Shown here in pieces: positions 10,501 through 19,937 of a stretch of DNA of 40,021 nt. Within the stretch, counting starts at the first letter, position 1. Every line of letters begins with the position of its first letter. Origin of the DNA: Pelomyxa schiedti (Eukaryota > Protista > Evosea); contig JAHLWZ010000361.1 in NCBI GenBank assembly GCA_020536535.1, forward strand, positions 1-40,021, in the 5' to 3' direction. The position numbers and the translations under genes were made by a program. Under the pieces are notes generated by a model that ran no database searches, was not told the DNA's origin, and saw only the letters and a program-made list of their open reading frames with translations.

Positions 10501-12758
10501 CTCCAGCAAGTCTTGGGCAACAAGATTGTGGGGTTGTTGTTGTTGTTGTGCTATTTTGGGAGTGGTGGAGACTGTCCGCGTTGCAATTGTTGTTTTTGCT
10601 GTGGCAGCAGGGATTTTGCGACACACAGATTGGAACAGTTGCTGGACTTCATCATTCTGGGAGTACTCAACAGCTGTTTTTCCCTCTTTGTTCTGTTCCA
10701 ACAGGAAAATTATAACACATAACAAGCAACACAGGGAAAAACACCACACCTTGATGTGAGTGCCAGTGCCCACACAAGACAGAAGTTGTTTCACAATTTC
10801 ATGATTTCCCCTTCTGGAGGCAATGTGAAGTGCGGTCTGAGAGAAAGATGAAAATTAAGTTTAAGTGTGTCAAACAACAGACAAAGGAAAGGAAACACAA
10901 AGGACATTCACATACATCACCCTTTTCATTTGACAGAGACCCCCAAGAAAAGTAGAGATGACATTGAGGAATGCAAAAAAAAAAAAAAAAAAACAAGCTC
11001 ATACTTCCTGAAAAAAAAAAGAGTTAATTAATTAAAGAAAGAATCAAGGTGAGTTCATGTACAATCTGGTGGCCAGTAGTGTAAAGCAGTAAAAATTTCC
11101 CGAAAAGTTAGAAACAAAAAGCTTGGCAGGTTGTGTGTTTACTTACTCCCTGAGATATGGCAGCCCAAAAAGAAAGAAAGAAAGTGTCACAGAAAATTGA
11201 AGCAATAAAAGGGTGGGTTTACACACATACTAAAGCATGCCATAAAGACATGGAGAGAGATAGAGCAAAGAAAAGAGTGACAATTGAAGCAAGTCATAGA
11301 AATCGATGAATAACAACGCCATAAAAGGATGGGTTTACGCACATGCTAAAGCATGCCACAGAAACAGAGAGCGCAAAGCAAAGAGTGAAAATTGAAGCAA
11401 GTCATAGAAATCGATGAATAACAACATAATAAAAGGATGGGTTTACACACTCCCTGAGTTTATCACAGAGAGCAAAGCAAAGAGTGAAAATTGAAGCAAG
11501 TCATAGAAATCGATGAATAACAACGCAATAAAAGGATGGGTTTACACACACGCTAAAGCATGCCATAAAGACATAGAGAGAGATAGAGCAAAGCAAAGAG
11601 TGAAAATTGAAGCAAATCATAGAAATCAATGAATAACAACGAAATAAAAGGATGGGTTTACACACACGCTAAAGCACGCCATAAAGACATGGAGAGAGCA
11701 AAGCAAAGAGTGAAAATTGAAGCAAGTCATAGAAATCGATGAATAACAACATAATAAAAGGGTGGGTTTACACACATACTAAAGCATGCCATAAAGACAT
11801 GGAGAGAGATAGAGCAAAGAAAAGAGTGACAATTGAAGCAAGTCATAGAAATCGATGAATGACGACACAATAAAAGGAGGGGTTTACACACACACTAAAG
11901 CATGCCACGGAGACAGAGCAAAGCAAAGAGTGAAAATTGAAGCAAATCATAGAAATCGATGAATAACAACGCAATAAAAGGATGGGTTTACACACACGCT
12001 AAAGCATGCCATAGAAACAGAGAGAGCAAGGCAAAGAGTGAAAATTGAAGCAAGTCATAGAAATCGATGAATAACAACACAATAAGGGTGGGTTTACACA
12101 CATACTAAAGCATGCCATAGAGAGAGCAAAGCAAAGAGTGAAAATTGAAGCAAGTCATAGAAATCATGAATAACAACGCAATAAAAGGATGGGTTTACAC
12201 ACAGTCTAAGGCATGCCATAGAGAGAGCAAAGCAAAGAGTAAAAATTGCGCAATAAAAGGATTGAGATTATGAGTACATACAGTCTCCCCCTGGATTTCA
12301 GGTTTTTAAAGGAAAGAGAATGTAAACCTATAATCAGGATGGATAGTAGTAGTATCACACACAATCTGTTTGTGAAGCAAGAGATACAAGTGTGGTTAGT
12401 GACGAGGCACATCAACCAGTGGCGTACTTGAGAATTGACATCAATATTCATTGACAACAGGAATTCGACACACCGTGGTTTCTCCCCCCACGTCGCTGCA
12501 TGCAACGCTGTCTGTGGTGTATGTGTGTGTGCAAAAAAACCGAATTGTTGATGCTTGTGGGGAAAAAAAAACATAGAAAAAAAAAGATTTGTTCAACATT
12601 CACACCACTCGTTCGTCATTAACGGAGTTTAGCAGGCCGCGGTCACCGGCCAACAGACGCTCCAGTGCGTAGGTGTTGCCGCCATACGCGGCATCGAACC
12701 ACTCAGTGGGTCCGACGCGTGGACCCCCCGTGGGTGAAGTTGTTGTTGCTGCTGCCAT
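7290..12758 (-). CDS. Ankyrin repeat - coiled coil - ubiquitin-like - TKL kinase (paralog K2) with an expanded microexon array
   Basis: ATG 12758 MAAATTTSPTGGPRVGPTEWFDAAYGGN..LLNSVNDERV; exon 2 TALHAATWGEKPRCVEFLLSMNIDVNSQ ends 12428; exon 3 TALHIASRRGNHEIVKQLL starts 10836; then NKEGKTAVEY, coiled coil, Ubl and kinase motifs as in K1; stop at 7290. Confidence 0.9.
10916..12365 (-). other. K2 microexon array: 14 single-codon exons, one 9-nt (or 3-nt) exon and one 6-nt GD exon
   Basis: AG-exon-GT units in transcript order: ATT 12363-65; GGGGAGACT 12282-90; ACT 12203-05; TAT 12102-04; CGT 11996-98; TGT 11892-94; TAT 11776-78; CGT 11666-68; CGT 11550-52; GGA 11451-53; CAT 11343-45; TAT 11227-29; GGA 11147-49; ATT 11063-65 (weak donor gtacat); GAA 11005-07; GGTGAT 10916-21. 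Donors are gtgtgt, gtgcgt, gtaagt, gtatgt or gtatga. Confidence 0.8.
11195..12250. repeat. Tandem repeat of about 100-120 bp units (about 9-10 copies); each unit is one intron plus one 3-nt exon
   Basis: Recurring core gagtgaaaattgaagcaagtcatagaaatcgatgaataacaac..ataaaaggatgggtttacacacNNNctaaagcatgcc. Confidence 0.95.
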
Positions 12759-13517
12759 AGGTGGGCGGCCAGTGGGGTGAGAACCAAAAGATCAAAAAAA
12801 AAAAAAGATCTGGTTCTGTCTAGAGAAGAAGCCAGAACCATTTTTTTGGTGCTAACACCAAGACAAGGGTGGATTGGGTGGCTAATACCAAAATAAATAA
12901 ATAAATCCCTAATTTGTGGCTGGCAAAACAAGTTTTAGTGTGGGTGATTGTTTGGGGGTCACCAAAAAAAAAAGGTGCCCCCTCCTCATCAGTTAACAGG
13001 TAGTGACGGAAGAACCAGCAGCTGGGTATCCTTTCGAGTGGTGAGTATGATGGATGGAGTAAAAGCAAGAACATGATACAACTAGAGCATGCAACAAAGC
13101 ATGCCAAACAACAACAAGCAACCTCCACTTGAAGAGAAACAGAGGACGCGGAGATACCGGCATGATAGTGGCATGGTGATTACACTACAAGAGTTACTGC
13201 AGAATCGCGTTCTCAGCCGGCACTGAAGCGGACATTTCCGGCACTGGTAGCATGCATACTGCCAACAGGGATTAGCACAGAAATGATGGGAATCATGCAT
13301 ACAAACGTTCATACAAATGCAGCGGGAATGCTAGATATGTAGAAGCTTCGAAGCTCGGAAATTCATTCCAAAGCTATGTGGCGTTAGTATTCCGCTTGGT
13401 TGTATTTGTTTTTATTGGCTTGTATTTACATTTCATTAAGCAGTTAATTCTATTGGGATTAATTGCACGCACGTGGTAAAAAAGACAGGGGGGTGGGTGG
13501 GTGAGTGGAAAAGAAAC

Positions 13518-14295
13518 CTTGATGTTGGTGGGAATCCCCACAGATGAGAGAAGTCGTTGTTTCCCCATTTCAACCTCCCCTCCTCTGGAGGCTATGTGAA
13601 GTTCAGTTTGAGAAAGATAGCGCGATAGAGACAGAGAGATGAAAATTAAGAGAGGATGCTCATGCATAAAAAAACCCTTATTGTTTTTTATTGTGTTATT
13701 CATCAACTTATTTATTAACCTCAATTTATTAATAAATAAGTTCTCTCCAACTTCAATTTTCACACCTCACTTTTCAATGATTAACTCACCCCCAACGCCA
13801 CTAACTATTTACTTTATTGGCATTGTTCATCATGAATTTCTTTGACTTGCTTCTCTCTGTTTCTTGAATGAAAGGGTGAGGTTAATAAATAAGTTGATGA
13901 ATAACACAATAAAAAACAATAAGAGTTACACACGAACTGGGGAGGGAAAAAAAAGGAAGTTAGAAAAATGACTAATATATAATGCAAACAAAAGGGTTGG
14001 AGGATACAGCGGAACGCGCCGCAAGACAGAGTAAGTGAAGTGAAAATCGAAGCAAGTCAGAGAAGGGAAAACATGAACGTTTTACACACATCCTGGTGGC
14101 TCAGTGTGAGGATGTGCACAACGAACAAACAATACCAAACAATACCAAACAATACCAAACAAACCTGTAAATTGGCATCGACATTCGGGAACAGGAAATC
14201 AACACACTGTGAGCTCCCATTAAACCCAGCATCGAACCACTCGTAGGGCCCGACCAGCTTGTGCTTGTGACCCCCGTCGATGCCGTCGACGATGG
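13518..14295 (-). pseudogene. Degenerate ankyrin-microexon paralog (A5)
   Basis: Exons 1 and 2 are fused in register (EWFDAGFNG|SSQCVDFLFPNVDANLQ). Microexons GAT 14090-92 and TTC 13934-36 are intact; the middle unit lost its AG; the exon 3 acceptor is mutated to caa (TELHIASRGGEVE); no obvious ATG. Confidence 0.7.
13677..13923. repeat. 47-bp perfect inverted repeat (13677-13723 / 13877-13923) bracketing an inverted piece of the microexon region
   Basis: cttattgttttttattgtgttattcatcaacttatttattaacctca and its reverse complement. Confidence 0.85.
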
Positions 14296-14345
14296 TGGTT
14301 CCGTGATCGAATTGAATCAGCCGAAAAACCAAGCTACTGTCTCTT

Positions 14346-16556
14346 TCATTCATCACTGCTGCCACTTGTATCACTTGAATTTTCGTTGGGCTTGTTGTTG
14401 ATATACCAGTCAACGTCAGCCTTTGTGAGCCCAACGGTTTTCATTGTGACAGATGTGTGAAGTGGAGAGACCAACACCCATTGCATGAAGTGGTCCCTCA
14501 CAACAGAGGCTGTCATTTCAGGGAACACACGCATCAGCATCTTCCACATTCCCACTGAAACAGAGGTAATTTTGTGATTGTCTGCCAGTCTGGTTATCTC
14601 GTTCAACTTGACATGGAACTGGTTGATGAGCCACTCAGTGCAACCAACTCTCTTCTGGTGCATCATCATCGCGAGCAAGTTGTTGTGATTCACCTTGATT
14701 TGGTCTTCAGTCATGACGAATTCATTGATGAGCCACTTGACAACTTTTCCAGAATTAACATAATCACATGCAGAAAAGGCCTCTGCAACGTCAGATGAAG
14801 AGAAGTCGCCATAATTGACAATCTGGCGGGTCTGTGAAACATCGGCATCTTCAATCAATCTCTGGACGATAGAGGACCTGTGGGAAATGCATGAATTGAA
14901 TTGCCGCAGCAAAACCAATGTGAATGTGATGAACTGACAGTTTTCGACAGCAGAGAGCACTGCAGTTTCCCTGATGTTGCGCAACATTGCATGTGAAAGG
15001 AACCACTGAATGCCCCCGATTCCACGGTTGCCCCTACCACCACCACAAATCTCACTGAAAATCCTCTCTGTGCTGCTGGGATCATCATCGGAATTCACAC
15101 CATCCATCACGTGGAACTTGCTCTCCAACCACTCTGCCACTTCAGTGTTGTTGTTTGAAAGGCTTCTTGCAAGACACTTCCTGAGGTTGGGTTGCGTTGG
15201 AGGCATTTTTGCTTTTTCCAACAACAACATCACCACTGCCACACTGTCTTTCTTGTTCCCACATGCATCGTAGACCACTTGGAAGCTGACCGGGCTGAGG
15301 GTTCCAAAGTTTTCAAACAGCCACTCAATGAGCCTCACATCAGCGATTTTGTTGCATGCATGTGACAAAAGTTTTTGTGTTGGTTCAACATGAAAGCTTT
15401 TGATCACCCACATGAGTCCCCTGCTGTTTTCACACTGTATTGTGGAGAACTCCGTCACTGAGAAGGTTTTCTTGATCCACTCACATCCTTCCTCGAAGTT
15501 GTTGTTGTTGTTTTTGGAGTCACCGCTGCTGTGGTGCTGTGAACAATTCCTAATGAATTTTGCAAGAACTGCCCTGCCGTAGTATTCCATCACATCAGAA
15601 CTCTCCAGGCCGAACACCTTGATGCAAAGCTTCACAGCTTCCAAGAAGACCTCAGGGGCACACTGACTGTGAGGCGTGACAATCTTTTCCTCACAGGAGT
15701 CCACCACACCAAGAAGGGATGATGATGCCATCCACTCTGCAGTGTCGATGCGACCACGAAAAAGAGCAGCTTGAAATGGTTTCATGAGCTCCCATGGCTC
15801 TGTTCCACCCACACCACCAGCAAACCTTGACATCACCCACTTCACAACATCCAAATGGCCACCACTGCACGCTGCATGCAAAATACTGGTGGAATGGTCA
15901 TCCATTTCCTTGATTTCATCCAAAAGGTCAGACTCACCGACCACAGGCCACCTCAGAGCACCACCCCTCCACGGTGTATTGCCATTGTCAACGAGTTCCT
16001 GTGCCAGTGCCAGGTGTCCCCCTTTGTGTTGAAAGTATTAATTTGTTTTTGTCATTCAACTTTTGGAGTTTTATAATAATAATAAAAATAATAAAAATGC
16101 GCATGCCACTCTACGATCTGGTTCTATTAGCAAGAGTACTTGTTATTAATTACCTTCACAAAGACCACCAAGCACAGTGAGGCACTCCCTTGCGTTGTTC
16201 CTCGTCCTCTTGCTTCCCACAATCCATTCCACGCACCTCACGCTCCCCACCACCCCGGCACACCCAAGAGCGAAATACCGCGACGTCAACCTGCGGGTGG
16301 ACCCCCCGACGCACGGCCACCACAACTTAGAGCCCGGCGCACTCACGCCCATAATCGCCCTGCAGGCCCGCGGCACCAGCGGGAACAGCGCGTCGGCGAG
16401 TCCCACAATCCAGCAACACTCGGGCCTGGTCATCTGCGGCCCGCGGGCGGCTGTTGGGTCCAACACAATCGGAACCACCACGAAGTCCCACACGACACGC
16501 GACACCATCATCACCCGTTCTGTCATTCGACTCTTCGCCACTCCATCTTCGCTCAT
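14346..16556 (-). CDS. Large protein with degenerate ankyrin-like helical repeats (lineage-expanded family), two exons
   Basis: Exon 1 MSEDGVAK...ECLTVLGGLCEG|gt, intron about 16022-16153, then GHLALAQELV... continuing into the 532-aa ORF with ILHAACSGGHLDVVKWV and NNTEVAEWLESKF repeats. Confidence 0.75.
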
Positions 16557-16779
16557 TTTTCCCTTTTCACAGAAGCCGTCACCGTCGTTGATGTCAGCTC
16601 CGTCGAGGCACGGCTGCCAGTTGGGCCCATAATTGGCACCAGCGGGAACACTGGCGTATCTGAGTCCCAGAACCGCGAAAACAAGTTGTTGCACCGCAAC
16701 ACTGGCTTTTTTTTTTACTCACTTGGTGTGCCTTTCCAAATGACGTTTGATAGCAATCACTTGGCTTTCCTTCATACCT

Positions 16780-17164
16780 TTATGAAGTTGCTCCTTGCTT
16801 GTTGCTGATGTACCAGTCAACGTCAGCCTTTGTGAGCCCAACGGTTTTCAATCTCCTGATGATGCATGACTTGTGGGAAATGCGTGAAAATCCTCTCAGT
16901 GGTGCTGGGATCTGTGAATTCACAGATCCATCACATTGAAATTGCTTCCAACCACTCTGCAATTTCTGTGTTGTTGTTGGAAAGACTTCTTGCAAGGCAC
17001 TTCCTGAGCTCCTGTGGTGTGGGAGGCCTTTTTGCTTTTGCCAATGGCATTACAAACTTCACCACTGCCACACTGTCTTTGTTGTTTCCCCATGCATCAC
17101 GGATGACTTTGAAGCTGACTGGGGCGAGGTTTGGAAGTATCAATGCCGCGTCGCCTCGGCTCAT
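16780..17164 (-). pseudogene. Deleted, partial duplicate of the C-terminal region of the 14346-16556 gene
   Basis: PVSFKVIRDAWGNNKDSVAVV..LRKCLARSLSNNNTEIAEWLE and KTVGLTKADVDWYI match, with large internal deletions and frame breaks. Confidence 0.75.
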
Positions 17165-17236
17165 CTGGCTCGCTCATTTTTTCCTTAAAAAAAAAGGCCA
17201 AACAAAGCAACAAACCATAAGGTTCGGTATTGTCTT

Positions 17237-18292
17237 TCATTCCTCACTGTCACTGCTGTCACTCGACGACGATGATGGGTTGTTTGGAGCAGGGGGTGGT
17301 TGTTGGTGTGTTCCTTTTGTTTTTGCTGGGAACAGCTGCCCCACTTCATCATTGTAGCGGGTAGCAAGAGCTGTCTTTCCATACTTGTTCTGTGATGTGA
17401 TTAACCCCCACATGCACACGCACGTGGTAAAAGTCACGGGTGGGTAGTGGAAAAGAAAAAAAAAACCTTGATGTTTGTGGCAATCCTCACACATGAGAGC
17501 AGTCGTTTCACAATTTCAACCTCTCCTCCTCTGGAGGCTATGTGAAGTGCAGTCTGAAAGGGGATAGAGAAAATTAAGTGTCAAACAACAAAGAAAGGAT
17601 GCTCATACATCGCCCTTTGATTCAACAGATTTGATTCAAGAGAGAAGAATAAAGTGAGGTAAATAAGTTGATGAATACTCAATAAAAAAAAGGGTTACAC
17701 ACGAACTGGGGTTATAGGAGGGAGAAATGAAGTCAGAGAATTTTCAATTCAATGCAAATAAAAGGGTTGGAGGATACATGCTAAACGCGCCGCAAGACAG
17801 AGCAAGTGAAAATCGAAGCAAGTCAGTCAGAGAAGGGAAAACAGGAAAGGTTTTACACACATCCTGTGAAGTATGTGTTTGTCAGTGTGAGAATGTGCTC
17901 AACAAACGAACCTGTAAATTGGCGTCGATATTCACTGACAACAGGAAATCAACACACTGTGAGCTCCCTCCCCACGTGGCTGCATGTAATGCTGTCTGTG
18001 TGTTGTGTTGGTATACAAAGCCCACAAAACGAAAAACAAAAAGTTAATATCATCAGTTCATAGAATCGTAACAAAAAATATCCAATAAATTAATTATTAT
18101 GAAAATTGCACGTGTGCACACAACAACCTCTCCTTTTCGTTCGTTTACAGAGTTGAGTAGCCCTGGGTCGAGCGCCAGCATCGCTTGCAACTTGTCGGCG
18201 TTGCCATTAAACGCAGCATCGAACCACTCGTCGGGCCCAACACGTGGCCCCGGCCCGCTTGTGCTTGTGGCGCTCGTTGATGCTGCTGCCAT
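17237..18292 (-). CDS. Short ankyrin-only paralog (A4) with four microexons and no kinase
   Basis: Exons 18292-18128 (MAAAST..LNSVNERKGE), 17995-17912 (TALHAATWGG..ANLQ), microexons D/H/F/GD, 17553-17467 (TALHIASRGG..TNIK), 17389-17237 (NKYGKTAL..SDSEE*). Confidence 0.8.
17609..17863 (-). other. A4 microexon set: GAT (D) 17861-63, CAT (H) 17778-80, TTC (F) 17703-05, GGCGAT (GD) 17609-14
   Basis: cag GAT gtgtgt; tag CAT gtatcc; cag TTC gtgtgt; aag GGCGAT gtatga. The joined product ANLQDHFGDTALH matches the ankyrin consensus N-x-x-d-x-x-G-x-T-A-L-H exactly. Confidence 0.85.
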
Positions 18293-18528
18293 CACAATGA
18301 TGATGATGGTTCTGGTAATGAAACTGATGAATTCTCCAAAGGATCTCGATCTCCACCGATTAACTAAAATAAATAAACAAACTTCGCTTCAGAACGAACA
18401 CGTACGTCACTCACAGCCCTACAACCAAAATCAGGTGCACTCAACCAAACACAATCAACAAATCTGAGAGAAAGGATTTCTCGTTTGATCGACACAAATA
18501 ATGCACACTCCCTGGTCTTTGCTGTTGC

Positions 18529-19230
18529 TCATGATCTATCGCTTGAGTCTTCTCGTTTCCTGTGAGGGGTTGGTGTGGTTGGTTGTTCCCAGGGAAAAAA
18601 AGTGCGCAATAAAAAGACATTTTGTGTGGTTTCCTCTTTTCCTTTACTGTGTCCTGTGGACAGTTGGCTATCCCCATGCAGCAGAGAACACAAAGAATAC
18701 CAAGTGTAATGGCTCACAAGCCCAAACACCAGCAGCGCAGCTTGGAACTCTGCAAGGGAAAGAAGTCCGTCATGATTTGTATGCAATGGATTCATGAAGC
18801 TTTTGGTTTATGAGTGTGGAATTGGTGCTGCAGGTACATTACATACCCGTTTTATCTGCTCATCACTGAGGGGTATATCCAGCAGAATGGATAGGGCCTT
18901 CAGTTCATCAGCGGTGATGGTTCCGGAACAATACACATCCATTTGCCGGAACAGCTTCACCTGAGAAACAACGATATGATTAAGTTTAAGAAGTGAAAAG
19001 TGGTGGAATCTTTACATAGAGAGATGTTGTTGGTTTTGGTCATCATAGACTTGAGTAGAACCGCGGTGTCTGATTCTGTACGCTGAGCCCATTTTGTGGG
19101 TGCTTCAGAAACGGGAGAATTCTGGTGGCGAAATAAGGCCATCAGAGTCTGAGTTGATAGAACTGAACACCAAGTGCAACTTTGCAAGGTGAGAACTGCA
19201 GCCAGTTCCCGATGACGTCAGGTTTGATGA
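18529..19230 (-). CDS. EF-hand (calmodulin-like) protein, possibly degenerate; boundaries uncertain
   Basis: Three EF-hand-like segments: LVFSSINSDSDGLISPPEF (about 19115-19175), LFRQMDVYCSGTITADELKAL (exon about 18848-18960) and HTNHDGLLSLAEFQAAL (about 18730-18785). Confidence 0.55.
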
Positions 19231-19575
19231 CGGATCAGCCGGGATGGAAGTGGATTCCACAATAGAAAATAGAAGCAGTTTATGCTCATTGCTCCATGTT
19301 GCCTTTTGGGGAGGTTAATTTCGTTCAATCATTGTTTGTTGGTACCTTTGAAACCGCTTCAAAGTTTTTATGCAACCAATCGTTGAACTCGTTGTAGTCT
19401 AGACAAAGAGAGAGTGTAAGGAGAACAACACGTGACTCTTTCAATGGCTAACGGAATCATACCAAGTTTTTCCATCTTTATTTTTATCAACAACCAAGAG
19501 AACAGATCACATATCTTCATTTTTACGTTAGTCTGCCATGTAAATATTGAAAACCACAACCTGCTCGTTGTTCAC

Positions 19576-19890
19576 TCAACTTGAGATCAAATGAACTGAG
19601 TGACTGTAGAAATTCAGCGTCTGATATTTGCCCATAATCCGCTCTATGCACCTCACGCCACCCCAAGCCCACCGAAGTGCGAAATATCGCGGCGTCATCA
19701 ATTCCGCCCATGGGCGTATGAGTCTCACGCGTGATGGATGAGCGCTCACGAGCGGGAACAGGGCGTCGGCCAGCCCCATAATCCAGTCGCTGTACGGCGA
19801 CCTGTAGCCGCGTGTTGTTCCAACACCGTCGGTACAACCCCGAAGTCCCACACCACGCGCGACTTCTGTAATCACCTCTGATTTACTTTT
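19576..19890 (-). pseudogene. Frameshifted fragment of the helical-repeat family N-terminus
   Basis: RVVWDFGVVP and WIMGLADALFPLV..RYFAL..VRCIE lie in different frames and match 16146-16556. Confidence 0.65.
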
Positions 19891-19937
19891 CATCTGATCA
19901 AAAGCCAATTAGCAGATGTTTGTTTTCTTGGTGTTTT

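Noticed and set aside
11221-12205. Reading the microexons as 5- or 7-nt exons using downstream GTs in gtgtgtaaac
   Set aside because: Homologous units with gtaagt, gtatga, gtatgg and gtatcc donors point to a length of 3, and only 3-nt exons preserve phase 0. Minor use of the shifted donors cannot be excluded.
11195-12250. CRISPR-like array or plain minisatellite
   Set aside because: No unique spacers and no cas genes, in a eukaryotic context. The units are better explained as intron plus 3-nt exon cassettes.
13082-13312. Cys-rich small ORF
   Set aside because: No recognisable motif spacing, splice support or homolog in the window.
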